Positions 48,988-58,737 of a DNA stretch of 64,000 nucleotides are shown here, one piece after another. This DNA is from an uncultured Fibrobacteraceae bacterium. Lineage in GTDB: Bacteria; Krumholzibacteriota; Krumholzibacteriia; LZORAL124-64-63. The notes beneath the pieces were generated by a model. The model did not search any database, was not told the DNA's origin, and was given only the letters and a program-made list of their open reading frames with translations. The stretch lies in assembly GCA_964343835.1 (NCBI GenBank), contig CAYFKR010000017.1:17985-81984 (forward strand), written 5' to 3'. The stretch's first letter is position 1. Every line of letters starts with the position of its first letter. A program made the translations under genes and the position numbers.

Positions 48988-51162
48988 TCATCCCGGGGGG
49001 ACTCCGAGATCGCCTTCCTCGGCTCCGGGAGGCGCGCAGGCACCGAAGAAGTCGTAGTACTCGACCGCGTCCACGATGCCGCCCGCGCCCGCCCTGCCGG
49101 CGAAGTAGATCTGCTGGACGTTCCTGAGGCCGGAGAGCTCCTCGTGATGCCTGTTGGCCACGACAACGGCGAGCGTGTTGCCGCGCATCATGTCCTCGTC
49201 GGCGCCCGAACCGCCCGCCGTGAGGATGTGCTCCACGGGCACCTCGCGCTGGTCGGCGAACCAGCGCAGGGCGTACCCCTTGGAGGCGCGGGCGGGAACG
49301 ACGTCCAGGAACTGTCCGAAGGAGAGGAACACGTTCACGGACTGCTCCTCCTGATGGAGGATGGCCCGGATCTCCTCGAGGCTCGGGGCGATCCCGGGGT
49401 CGATGTAGTAGCTCAGCTTGAACACGCCCTGTTCGCGCGACGGCTGCGGTACCAGTCCGGGAAGGTCGGCCAGGATCCGTTGCACCTCGATGCGGTGCCA
49501 CAGGTGGTCCACGTGGTTGGCCCACACGTGATCGCGCTCCAGTCCCGGCATGTAGTGGATGTCCGTGCCGAGGCTGGTGATCAGGACGTCCGGCCTGGGG
49601 ATGCCCGTCTTGCGGATGATCCAGAGCGCCGACTCCAGCCGGCGTCCCGTGGCGATGCCGAACGTGCACCGCTTGCGGTTGGCCTGCACGAGATCCACCA
49701 GTTCACGCAGGGACTCGCCGTCGCTCAGCAGGTTCTGGTCGATGTCCGTGAAGATGGCCCTGTCCCTGTACCGTGCCGCCGGGGCGGGCACGACGCGCCT
49801 GGGCAGCGGTTCGGCGTCGGCCAGGGGCTCGTCCAGGGCGGAGATGTACTTCTCGGCGTGCGCCGGCCACGAGTAGTGGGTACGGACGCCGGCCAGACCG
49901 GCTTCGGCGAAGCGTTCCCTGCGGTCCGGATCGGCGACGACGGCCAGGATGGCCTCGGCCATGCCCTCCCGGTCGAGCGGGTTGATGAGCAGCCCGTTGC
50001 CGCAGTTGTCGATGATGTCCACCGGACCGCCGTCCTCGGTCGCCACCACGGGCACGCCGCTCGCCGCCGCCTCCAGGAGGGTGAGGCCGAAGGGCTCGGT
50101 GAGGGCCGGGTTCACGAACACGCCGCCGCTGACGGCCGCGAGCCGGTAGTATTCGGGGACGTCGTCGGGGGTGTGGGTCTTGGGATAGGCGACGCTGCCG
50201 TAGAGGTCGTGGCGGTCGATGGCCAGGAGGATGTCCGTCAGGACCTTCCGCGATCCGCTCTCCATGTCGCCGATGTCATCGCGGGTCCCGGCCACGATCA
50301 CGAGGTTGGCCTTCTCCCGGAGTTCGGGCGACCGGCCGAAGGATTCGATCAGGGTGATGATGTTCTTGCGGTGATCGGGGCGCGAAAGGGCCAGGATCAT
50401 GGGTTTGGCGGGCTCCCGGAGGAAACGGTAGAGCGAGCGTCCCGCTTCCTTCGACCATTCGTCCCCGCGCGGGGGGTGGAAGCGCTCGAGGTTGGTGCCC
50501 GGCGGGATGACCCTCATCTGATCGGGCGAGTAGTAGTCGTAGAACGAGTACTGGTCCTCGATCTCCTGGCGGGTGCTGGTGATGACCATGCCCGAGGCGC
50601 TCAGGGCGTCCTCCTCGGCGGCGATGCGTCGGGAGATCCTGTAGCGTTCCTCGATGTCGTCGCGGGACAGGCCGCCTGCCAGCAGTCGTCGCCTCTTCAC
50701 CCGCCCCAGGGAATGGCCGGTGTGGACCTGCGGAATGCCGAGCTGGTTCGAGAGCCTGGCGCCCACGTATCCGGCGTCGGCGTAATGGGTGTGGATGACG
50801 GCCGGCAGCCGGGGCTGGGCCCGGATGAAGTCGAGGGTGTTGTCGAAGAACTCGTCCAGGTGATCCCAGAGGTCCTCCTTCGGGAGATAGCCCTCCGGAC
50901 CGCACGGGATGCGGACGATCCTGGCGTTGTCGGCGACGGGCTCCACGGTCCTGGCGTATTCGTCGGCCACGCGCTCGTCCTCGACGTGGCGGGTCAGCAG
51001 GTCGACCCTGAACACCTCCGGCCGTTCGGCGAGGGCGCGGAGCAGTTCCACGACATAGAGGGTCTGGCCGCCGGTGTCGGCGTCGCGGCCCAGCTCCAGG
51101 TCGTGACCGCGGATCAGGCCGTGGATGCTGACCAGGATGATGTAGAGGCCGTCCGAAGCCAT
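48988..51162 (-). CDS. sps: Sucrose-phosphate synthase (GT4 plus C-terminal HAD-like domain)
   Basis: HGLIRG..LGRDADTGGQTLYVVEL, HYADA, GHSLGR, NPALTEPFGLTLLEAAA; HAD-like DIDQNL. Confidence 0.93.
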   Translation of the reverse strand: MASDGLYIILVSIHGLIRGHDLELGRDADTGGQTLYVVELLRALAERPEVFRVDLLTRHVEDERVADEYARTVEPVADNARIVRIPCGPEGYLPKEDLWDHLDEFFDNTLDFIRAQPRLPAVIHTHYADAGYVGARLSNQLGIPQVHTGHSLGRVKRRRLLAGGLSRDDIEERYRISRRIAAEEDALSASGMVITSTRQEIEDQYSFYDYYSPDQMRVIPPGTNLERFHPPRGDEWSKEAGRSLYRFLREPAKPMILALSRPDHRKNIITLIESFGRSPELREKANLVIVAGTRDDIGDMESGSRKVLTDILLAIDRHDLYGSVAYPKTHTPDDVPEYYRLAAVSGGVFVNPALTEPFGLTLLEAAASGVPVVATEDGGPVDIIDNCGNGLLINPLDREGMAEAILAVVADPDRRERFAEAGLAGVRTHYSWPAHAEKYISALDEPLADAEPLPRRVVPAPAARYRDRAIFTDIDQNLLSDGESLRELVDLVQANRKRCTFGIATGRRLESALWIIRKTGIPRPDVLITSLGTDIHYMPGLERDHVWANHVDHLWHRIEVQRILADLPGLVPQPSREQGVFKLSYYIDPGIAPSLEEIRAILHQEEQSVNVFLSFGQFLDVVPARASKGYALRWFADQREVPVEHILTAGGSGADEDMMRGNTLAVVVANRHHEELSGLRNVQQIYFAGRAGAGGIVDAVEYYDFFGACAPPGAEEGDLGVPPG

Positions 51163-51180
51163 TCCTCGTTCCCCCCTATC

Positions 51181-52011
51181 TCAGAGGGTGCCGAAGGCCC
51201 TCGCGCCCTCGAGCACTCCGTGCAGGTGATGCCGGGTCGAGACGTGCACGCCGTGGGGCCGCCCCTCGGCCGCGGCGAACGACCGGATCCTGTCGGCGAG
51301 ACCCTCGGCGGCGTTGCCCACGACGATCGCCCTGAAGCCTGCCGTCAGGGGGGCGAGGTCGTTGCCGGAGTCGCCGGCGTAGACCACGTCGTCGGCTGCG
51401 AGCAGCAGCGTCTTGCGGATGTGATGGACCGCCGCGGCCTTGTCCACGCCCCCCGGCAGCACGTCCAGGAGGATGACTCCGGTGAAGACGCAGCGGCTGG
51501 AGACCAGCGAAAGCCGCCACCCCCTCCCTGAGATGACCGACCGGACCCGCTCCAGTTCGTCGTGTGCGTCCCCTCCGGTCGGGAGCCGGAAGCTGATCTT
51601 CACCTCGGACTGGTGGGTGGGGCCCTGGGGACGGAATCCCGTCCCGCCGCCGACGGCGCCGAAGACGTCATCGGGCGTCACGCCCTCCAGGGCGGCCACG
51701 GCGCGGGCGTTGAAGTCTTCGTCGCGGCGCCAGCCGTCGCCGTCGGGCCAGAGCACGCACGTGCCCACGTCGCAGGCGAGTGCGTCGGGATCGGGCAGGC
51801 TGTGGCGGCGGGCGGTGGCGAGGGCGTCGTCGGGAGCGCGCCCGGTGACGTAGGCGAGCCCGAGGTGGGAGCGTCCGGCGAGACGGCGGCGGAACTCGTC
51901 GACGGCGACGGGGTGGGTGTCGTCTTCCCCGACGGGCAACAGGGTTCCGTCCAGGTCCGACGCCAGCAGGGCGGTCACGGGTTTCGTCTTCGGATTCATG
52001 ATGATTCCCAT
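51181..52011 (-). CDS. spp: Sucrose-phosphate phosphatase-like HAD-IIB hydrolase
   Basis: LASDLDGTL, YVTGR, DVLP..VDK, AGDSGND; exact start uncertain. Confidence 0.82.
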   Translation of the reverse strand: MGIIMNPKTKPVTALLASDLDGTLLPVGEDDTHPVAVDEFRRRLAGRSHLGLAYVTGRAPDDALATARRHSLPDPDALACDVGTCVLWPDGDGWRRDEDFNARAVAALEGVTPDDVFGAVGGGTGFRPQGPTHQSEVKISFRLPTGGDAHDELERVRSVISGRGWRLSLVSSRCVFTGVILLDVLPGGVDKAAAVHHIRKTLLLAADDVVYAGDSGNDLAPLTAGFRAIVVGNAAEGLADRIRSFAAAEGRPHGVHVSTRHHLHGVLEGARAFGTL

Positions 52012-52046
52012 TCTAGCATGGCCCGTACGGCGTCGCGAGGGGTCGA

Positions 52047-52076
52047 TTGACAGGCCCCGAGGTCAGCCGGTATGGT
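52047..52076 (+). promoter_or_regulatory. sigma70-type promoter for fructokinase-SuSy
   Basis: TTGACA-N18-TATGGT. Confidence 0.55.
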
Positions 52077-52145
52077 GGGATCTCACCGGCGATACCGATC
52101 ACGTCCGGGGCAGGGACGCCCCACCATCGCCTGGCGGTGAGGTCC

Positions 52146-53027
52146 ATGGAAGACCAGATGCTTGCCGCCCCCGCACCCGTGGTGCTGGGGGAGGTCCTCT
52201 TCGACAGCTTTCCCGACGGCCGGGAGATCCTCGGCGGGGCACCCTTCAACGTCGCCTGGCACTTGCGCGGCTTCGGCCTGAGTCCGCGCCTCGTGACGCG
52301 CATCGGAGCCGACGACGCCGGCGCCGCCGTCCGTCGCTTCATGCTCGACTGGGGCCTGGACGACGGCTGGGTCCAGGTCGACCCCGAGCGAGGGACGGGC
52401 CGGGTCGAGGTGGGAATCGAGGACGGCGAACCCTCCTTCTCCATCCCGCCGGGACAGGCTTGGGACAGGATCGAACCGCCCTCCGCGGACATTTTCGACG
52501 ACGATCGGCGACTCCTCTACCACGGTACGCTCGCCCTGCGCGAGAACCCCGGCCTCCTCACCGACGCCCTGCGCAGCCGCAGCGCCGGCGTCTTCCTCGA
52601 TGTCAACCTCCGCGATCCATGGTGGGAACCGGAGGCCGTGACCGGGCTCATGGCGGCGGCCGACTGGATCAAGCTGAACGGGGAGGAGCTCCGCCGGCTC
52701 GCGCCCCGGGGCGACGCCGGGGAGCTGTGCCGGCGCCTGGAGCTGACCGGCGTCGTGGTGACCGAGGGAGCCCGCCTGGTGAGCTGGTGGACGGCCGATG
52801 GTGTCGTCGCGGAAGTGCGCCCGCCCGGGGTGGAAGATCTGGCCGACGCCGTGGGGGCCGGTGACGCCTTCAGCGCCGTCTGCCTGACGGGGCTGGCCGC
52901 CGGCTGGAGCCCGGGGACCATCCTCGAGCGTGCGGCCGGGTTCGCCGCCGACATCTGCCGTCGCCACGGCGCCACGTCGACGGACCGGGAGCTCTACCGG
53001 AGACCCTGGATCGAGGGCGGGGACTGA
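52146..53027 (+). CDS. Fructokinase (PfkB family)
   Basis: GEVLFD, GGAPFNVA, DVNLR, KLNGEEL, DAVGAGDAF. Confidence 0.88.
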   Translation: MEDQMLAAPAPVVLGEVLFDSFPDGREILGGAPFNVAWHLRGFGLSPRLVTRIGADDAGAAVRRFMLDWGLDDGWVQVDPERGTGRVEVGIEDGEPSFSIPPGQAWDRIEPPSADIFDDDRRLLYHGTLALRENPGLLTDALRSRSAGVFLDVNLRDPWWEPEAVTGLMAAADWIKLNGEELRRLAPRGDAGELCRRLELTGVVVTEGARLVSWWTADGVVAEVRPPGVEDLADAVGAGDAFSAVCLTGLAAGWSPGTILERAAGFAADICRRHGATSTDRELYRRPWIEGGD

Positions 53028-53155
53028 AGCACCCCGAGCCCGAAATGCGTCAAGATGCATTCCGGCCGGACGAATCGACCATGAAGCGAGCCGGATCCGC
53101 CGACTCCCCGTCTCCGGGGAGCGTCCGCGCTCGGAATCGAACACAGGGAGACCCG

Positions 53156-55543
53156 ATGATCCAGGATTTCACTCGCCTCGTGGAGACCCACCGTACCATC
53201 GCCGAGACGCTGTTCCGGCGCTGCCTGGCCCTCGGCGAACCCGTAGTGCCGCGTTCGAGGATCCAATCCGTCGTCGACGCCTTCTGCGAGGAGCGCAGCG
53301 GCGACGAGGCCTGTCCCGAGGAGCTGCGCAGCCTGGTGGACATGATCCAGGAGGCCCTGGCCACGGAGACGGACCTCTATCTGGCCCTGAGGGCGCGCGT
53401 CGCGCAGTGGAACTACGTCCACATCCACGTGGGCGAGGGCCAGCTGCGGGAGATCGAGGTGGGCGACTACCTGAAGTTCAAGGAGTCCCTCGCCAACGGC
53501 GGACCCGAGGAGGACGACCCCCTGGAGATCGACCTCAGCCCCTTCGAGAGGGGGTTCCCCAAGCTGGGCGACATCCGTTCCATCGGTCGGGGCGTGGAAT
53601 TCCTCAACCGGCACCTCTCGAGCCGTCTCTTTGATCGCCGGGGCGAGGGAGTGGGACTGCTCTTCAGGTTCCTGACCCTGCACCAGGCCCACGGCCGGCA
53701 GCTCATGCTCAACGACCTGCTGCAGGACGTGTCGGACCTGAAGGACGCCGTCTCCTCGGCCCTCGATCTGCTCGAGGGGCACGACCCCGACGTTCCCTGG
53801 ACCGGAATCGCCCAGCCCATGAAGAGGCTCGGCTTCGAGCCCGGATGGGGGCGCGACGTGCGCACGGTCGTCGAGACCGTCTCGCTGCTCTCCGACATCC
53901 TGCAAGCGCCGTCCCCGAGGAACCTGGAGAGGTTCCTGGCCCGCATCCCGATGATCTTCAACATCGCGATCCTCAGTCCCCACGGCTACTTCGGCCAGTC
54001 CGGCGTGCTCGGCAAGCCGGATACCGGAGGACAGGTCGTCTACATCCTGGACCAGGTCCGCGCCCTGGAGAAGGAGATGATCCGATCCACGCGGGCCCTG
54101 GGGCTGGATCTGGACCCCGGAATCGTGGTGGTCACCCGTCTCCTGCGCGATGCCGAGGGAACGACATGCGACCAGCCCCTTGAGCCCATCCACGGCACCA
54201 AGGCGGCCCGCATCCTGAGGGTCCCGTTCCGTGATGCCGACGGGCGCGAGATCCCGGGCTGGATCTCCCGTTTCGATATCTGGCCCTACCTGGAGCGCTT
54301 CAGCCGCGACGTGAAGCAGGCCCTGCTGGCGGACCTCGGCGACCAGCCGGACCTGATCATCGGCAACTACTCGGACGGCAATTTCGTCTCCGCGCTGCTC
54401 GCGGAGGACATGGGCGTGACCCAGTGCACCATCGCGCACGCCCTCGAGAAGTCGAAGTACGCCGAAAGCGACCTGCACTGGCGCGACCGATACGCGCCCC
54501 AGAACTTCGGCTGCCAGTTCACGGCGGACCTGATCGCCATGAACACGGCCGACTTCATCATCACGAGCACGTACCAGGAGATCGCGGGCACGCCCGAGGT
54601 GGTGGGCCAGTACGAAGGCTACCATTCCTTCACGATGCCGGGCCTGTACCGAGTCATCGAGGGCATCGATCCCTTCGATCCCAAGTTCAACATCGTCTCG
54701 CCGGGGGCCGACCCGGATGTCTTCTTTCCGTTCACGGACGGAGAGCGTCGCATCCCGGAGGTGCGCGACGAGGTCATGGAACTGATCCGCGGCGCAGACG
54801 GCGAGGGCGGCCGCGGCCACTTCGACGACCCGGACCGTCCCCTGCTGTTCTCCATGTCCAGGCTCGACACCATCAAGAACATGGGCGGACTGGTGGACCT
54901 CTACGGCGGTTCCGACGATCTGCGGGGCGAAGCCAACCTGCTCATCGCCGGCGGCTTCATGGATCCGGCCGACTCTCAGGACGAGGACGAGAAGCAGCAG
55001 ATCGCTCTCGTGCACGACCTCTTCGACAGGCACGACCTGGACGGCCACGTGCGTTGGCTGCCCATGCGGACCGACAAGACGCAGGTGGGGGAGATCTACC
55101 GCTGCGTCGCCGACCTGAAAGGCGGGTTCGTCCAGCCGGCTCTCTACGAGGCCTTCGGCCTGACCGTCGTCGAATCCATGAGCAGCGGCCTGCCGACGTT
55201 CGCCACGCGTCACGGTGGTCCCCTGGAGATCATCGAAGACGGCGTGTCGGGCTTCCATATCGATCCCGAGCGCCCTGGAGAGGCGGCGGCCCTGCTCGCC
55301 GGCATGATGAAACGCTTCCGGGAGGACCCCGACACGTGGTCGGACATCTCCCGCAATTCCCTGATGCGCATCGAGAGCCGCTACAACTGGCCCCTCTACG
55401 CCAACAGGCTGCTCACGCTCTCACGCATCTACGGGTTCTGGAAATACATCACGAACATCGAGCGCGAGGAGACCAGGCGATACCTGGACATGTTCCGCGT
55501 GCTCGTCTACAGGCGGTTGGCCTCGGAGGTCGCCGCGCACTGA
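53156..55543 (+). CDS. susA: Sucrose synthase
   Basis: IGRGVEFLNRHLSS, SPHGYFGQ..LGKPDTGGQVVYILDQVRALE, GNYSDGN, AHALEK, STYQEIAG, QPALYEAFGLTVVE, YGFWK. Confidence 0.95.
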   Translation: MIQDFTRLVETHRTIAETLFRRCLALGEPVVPRSRIQSVVDAFCEERSGDEACPEELRSLVDMIQEALATETDLYLALRARVAQWNYVHIHVGEGQLREIEVGDYLKFKESLANGGPEEDDPLEIDLSPFERGFPKLGDIRSIGRGVEFLNRHLSSRLFDRRGEGVGLLFRFLTLHQAHGRQLMLNDLLQDVSDLKDAVSSALDLLEGHDPDVPWTGIAQPMKRLGFEPGWGRDVRTVVETVSLLSDILQAPSPRNLERFLARIPMIFNIAILSPHGYFGQSGVLGKPDTGGQVVYILDQVRALEKEMIRSTRALGLDLDPGIVVVTRLLRDAEGTTCDQPLEPIHGTKAARILRVPFRDADGREIPGWISRFDIWPYLERFSRDVKQALLADLGDQPDLIIGNYSDGNFVSALLAEDMGVTQCTIAHALEKSKYAESDLHWRDRYAPQNFGCQFTADLIAMNTADFIITSTYQEIAGTPEVVGQYEGYHSFTMPGLYRVIEGIDPFDPKFNIVSPGADPDVFFPFTDGERRIPEVRDEVMELIRGADGEGGRGHFDDPDRPLLFSMSRLDTIKNMGGLVDLYGGSDDLRGEANLLIAGGFMDPADSQDEDEKQQIALVHDLFDRHDLDGHVRWLPMRTDKTQVGEIYRCVADLKGGFVQPALYEAFGLTVVESMSSGLPTFATRHGGPLEIIEDGVSGFHIDPERPGEAAALLAGMMKRFREDPDTWSDISRNSLMRIESRYNWPLYANRLLTLSRIYGFWKYITNIEREETRRYLDMFRVLVYRRLASEVAAH

Positions 55544-55578
55544 GTCGGGACGGAGCGACCGAGGGAGGAGAAACGGTC

Positions 55579-56112
55579 ATGCTCACGACACACACCACCG
55601 CCCTGGAGTTCGCCAGGGAACAGTTCGCCCTGGACCCCGCGGGTCCGCACGGCGAGTCCCACTGGTCCAGCGTCAGCGCCGTCGGCCGCCACATCGGCGA
55701 GGCCGAGGGCGCCGACCCCGAGGTCATCGACCTCTTCGCCCTGTTTCACGATCTCTGCCGCGTCGGTGACGGCGTCGACCGGGGGCACGGCCACCGAGCC
55801 GCCGAACTGGCCCGCCACTGCCGGGGCGTCCTCTTCGACATCGACGAGGATCGCTTCGGCACGCTGTGGGCCGCCCTCTCGGGCCACGACCGTCGCGAGG
55901 CGGACCACCGGGACGTGACCGTCCGCGTGTGCTGGGATGCCGAGCGGCTGGAACTGCCCCGATTCGGCATCACGCCGCAGCCGAGCCTGCTGTACACGGA
56001 GACGGCCAGGAGGCCCGGTACGATGGCCTGGGCAGCCGAGCGCTGCCGCCCGACGGCCGTCCCGATCCCGCCTCCCTCGGCATGGTCGAAGACCCTCATG
56101 GGGCGGTCGTAG
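55579..56112 (+). CDS. HD-domain protein
   Basis: GGAGGAG RBS; HGESHW, LFALFHD, GHG.RAA, CWDAERL. Confidence 0.78.
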   Translation: MLTTHTTALEFAREQFALDPAGPHGESHWSSVSAVGRHIGEAEGADPEVIDLFALFHDLCRVGDGVDRGHGHRAAELARHCRGVLFDIDEDRFGTLWAALSGHDRREADHRDVTVRVCWDAERLELPRFGITPQPSLLYTETARRPGTMAWAAERCRPTAVPIPPPSAWSKTLMGRS

Positions 56113-56140
56113 GGACCGGATTCCTTTTTCTACCCGGAAA

Positions 56141-56172
56141 GCCGAGAGCCTCCCGGTCGGGAGGCTCTCGGC
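56141..56172. terminator. Hairpin between convergent genes
   Basis: GCCGAGAGCCTCCC-GGTC-GGGAGGCTCTCGGC. Confidence 0.75.
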
Positions 56173-56259
56173 GTATGGTCCGGCCGGGTGAGGTGGCCAC
56201 CCCCCATGGAAGGGCGGCCGACCGGCCGGGGCGGGGCCCGGGAGGTCCCGGGCGATGCG

Positions 56260-56940
56260 TTATGTCAGTCGGCGGAAGAACCGGTCCCACCGGGGCTTCC
56301 ACCACCGGTCGCGGTCCACCGAGGCCACGATGGCCACGGCCCGGCCCTCGATCACGCCGCGCTCCACGAACCCGAACCAGCGCGAGTCGGCGCTGTTGTC
56401 GCGATTGTCGCCCATCATCAGGTAGCGGCCCTCGGGCACGGCGACCGGACCGAACGAGCGGGGGGACTTCGCGGCCGGCGTGAGCATGACGTCGTGCACC
56501 GTGCCGTCCAGGTCCTCGCGCAGGTACGCGTGAGGAGAGGTGTCGGCCTCGGGCAGCTCCCAGGGAATGTCGTCGGGACCGAGCTCGTAGCCCACGGCCT
56601 CGCCGTTGATGGTCAGGCGGTTGTCGCGCATGGACACCACGTCGCCGGGCACCGCGATCACGCGCTTGACCAGCCGCACGCCGTCCACGGGCGACGGGAA
56701 CGTCACGATGTCGCCCCGCTCGGGATCCGCACGGTGGGCCACGGCGCCGACCAGGGGCAGGCGCCAGTCGTAGGCGGTGTGGTCGCAGAGGAAGCGGTCG
56801 CCTTCGAGAATGGTGGGCTGCATGGAGCCGGTGGGCACGTCGTACCAGTCGGCCACGGCGCTGCGGAACGACAGCACGACGGCGACGGTCAGCAGGGTGG
56901 GCCACCAGGAGCGCCAGAGTTTGCGGATGGTCGGGTTCAC
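56260..56940 (-). CDS. lepB: Signal peptidase I
   Basis: VPTGSMQPT (Ser), LVKRVIA (Lys), MGDNRDNSADSR; GTG start after GGAGG. Confidence 0.93.
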   Translation of the reverse strand: MNPTIRKLWRSWWPTLLTVAVVLSFRSAVADWYDVPTGSMQPTILEGDRFLCDHTAYDWRLPLVGAVAHRADPERGDIVTFPSPVDGVRLVKRVIAVPGDVVSMRDNRLTINGEAVGYELGPDDIPWELPEADTSPHAYLREDLDGTVHDVMLTPAAKSPRSFGPVAVPEGRYLMMGDNRDNSADSRWFGFVERGVIEGRAVAIVASVDRDRWWKPRWDRFFRRLT

Positions 56941-56972
56941 GGTGTTCCTCCGGGGTGGTCGGGCCCCCGATC

Positions 56973-56998
56973 TACGCCGGGGGCCGCACCTTTGTTCC
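56973..56998 (-). promoter_or_regulatory. Putative ECF-type promoter
   Basis: GGAAC-N17-CGTA upstream of lepB. Confidence 0.55.
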
Positions 56999-57003
56999 GA
57001 TCG

Positions 57004-58224
57004 TTACGGCAGGGACCAGAGCACGACCTCGAGGGGCTCGGCGTCGCCGAGGTCCTCCTCGTCGTCCGACCCGCCCTCCACGTCGGCGAACATGGCCGCC
57101 TGGGCGCCCTGCAGGCCCCGGATCTGGGCGAAACGGCCGTCGCCCAGGGGGAACAGGCCGTCCTCCTCCTGGTCGCCGGGCAGAACGAGGTCGACGCTGC
57201 GCAGCCACGCGCCGTCGGCGTCGAATACGTCGTAGCGGCGGAAGACGCCGGCGTGCTCCTCGGAGTGGCTGTCGCGGACCCAGAGCCGGTCCTCGCCGTC
57301 CACGAAGAGCGACTCGATGGCCTGGTCGCGGTCCTCCACCACGTTCTCCAGTTCGAGGGTGCGGCCGTTGGCCACGATCCTCATGCCGCTGGTGACCTCT
57401 TCCTTCTCCTCCTTGCTGCGCATGCGGCCCTGGTAGTCGGGACGTTCGATCACGCGCTCGAGGGTGCCGTCGGGGGCGAACACGGAGACGGCGTAGCGGT
57501 CGTAGTCCATGGCCACGTACACGCGCCCCGCGGAATCCACGGCGAAGCGGCCCATGGCGAAGTACTCGTCCTTCTCCACGAACTTGGGCTTGCTGAAGTC
57601 GCGGGTGCCGGTGATCTCCCAGAGACGGTGCAGTTCGTTGCCGTCCATGTCGCAGATGGAGAGATAGCGCAGCTCGGTCATGCCCTCCTCGCCGGGGGAG
57701 AACTGCATGCCGCAGGCCACCATGCGGTCGCCGCGGGTCAGCACGTCCACGAGCATGCCGAACCCGCCCTCGCCGCCGATGGCGGGGCGGATGGACGGGC
57801 CGGGCGTGCCGTCGGCCTCGAGGGTGATGATGCGGCCGGGCTGGCCCACCGTCACGCCCACCCGGCCGCCGGGCAGGGGCACCACCGCGGCGGGTCGGCG
57901 GAACTCGCCGGGGCCGTCGCCCTCGCGGCCGAGGGTGCCGAGGTGCTTGCCGTCGGCGTCGTACACCTGGACCTCGGAGAGCTGGCCGTCGAGCAGGTAC
58001 ACCTGCCCGTCGGGGCCGGGGGCGGCGTCGCGGATCACGCCGAAGAAGACCACGTCGTCCTCGCCGCCGGCTCGCCAGCGCTCGACCAGGTCGACCCGCT
58101 GCGCGCCCTCGGCCGGGGCGTCGTTCATGATGTGGGGAATGCCGTCGACGGTCTCGACGGCGGGGGAGGCGGCCGCGACCGCGGCCAGGGCGAGCACGAG
58201 GCCCGCGACGATCACCATGCGCAT
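57004..58224 (-). CDS. Secreted 6-bladed beta-propeller protein (paralog of 42507-43697)
   Basis: Signal peptide; VYLLD..VQVY..LGREGDGPGEFRRP; YDVFDADG. Confidence 0.82.
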   Translation of the reverse strand: MRMVIVAGLVLALAAVAAASPAVETVDGIPHIMNDAPAEGAQRVDLVERWRAGGEDDVVFFGVIRDAAPGPDGQVYLLDGQLSEVQVYDADGKHLGTLGREGDGPGEFRRPAAVVPLPGGRVGVTVGQPGRIITLEADGTPGPSIRPAIGGEGGFGMLVDVLTRGDRMVACGMQFSPGEEGMTELRYLSICDMDGNELHRLWEITGTRDFSKPKFVEKDEYFAMGRFAVDSAGRVYVAMDYDRYAVSVFAPDGTLERVIERPDYQGRMRSKEEKEEVTSGMRIVANGRTLELENVVEDRDQAIESLFVDGEDRLWVRDSHSEEHAGVFRRYDVFDADGAWLRSVDLVLPGDQEEDGLFPLGDGRFAQIRGLQGAQAAMFADVEGGSDDEEDLGDAEPLEVVLWSLP

Positions 58225-58269
58225 GGCGCGTCCCTTCGTCAGGGGGGCGGAAGGACGGAACCGGATGTC

Positions 58270-58294
58270 TACACCGTGCCGGGCTCCGGGTTCC
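58270..58294 (-). promoter_or_regulatory. Putative ECF-type promoter
   Basis: GGAAC-N16-TGTA; shares GGAACCCGG with the promoter of its paralog. Confidence 0.5.
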
Positions 58295-58304
58295 CGCGGT
58301 CGGC

Positions 58305-58333
58305 TTGCAGTCGTCGCTCCGTAAGGCTATGAT
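58305..58333 (+). promoter_or_regulatory. sigma70-type promoter, likely leaderless
   Basis: TTGCAG-N17-TATGAT, 7 nt before ATG 58341. Confidence 0.6.
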
Positions 58334-58340
58334 GGCGTCC

Positions 58341-58661
58341 ATGTCACGGCCTCGACACATGAACGCGCCCGCCCCGGGCATCCTGCGCCTCCTGGCGCTG
58401 TTCGTGCTGCTCTTCGGAGCGGCGTTCGAGGTCGGCCACATCCACCACCATATCGCCCATGCCGGGCACGACCACCACGTGGGCGATCCCGAGCACCTGG
58501 ACTGCCTGGTCTTCCACTCCGGCGTGGTGGTCGAGGACACGGTGAGCCCCGACCCCGGGTTCACCCCCGTTGGCGCGACTCCGGCCGACGAGGCCGTGCG
58601 AGCCTCCGACGCCCACCCGTTCCGGATCCACGACTCCCGAGCACCGCCGGCCTCCTCCTGA
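58341..58661 (+). CDS. His-rich leader protein with C-terminal RAPP arrest motif (DUF2946-like)
   Basis: Hydrophobic N-region, HIHHHIAHAGHDHH..EHLDCLVFH, Pro-rich linker, C-terminal SRAPPASS. Confidence 0.75.
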   Translation: MSRPRHMNAPAPGILRLLALFVLLFGAAFEVGHIHHHIAHAGHDHHVGDPEHLDCLVFHSGVVVEDTVSPDPGFTPVGATPADEAVRASDAHPFRIHDSRAPPASS

Positions 58662-58737
58662 CATCGACGCCAATCCGAGAACCTGCACCGCGCTCGACAT
58701 CCCGAGGCGGTGAGTCCTGTCGTATGGAGGAAGAACC

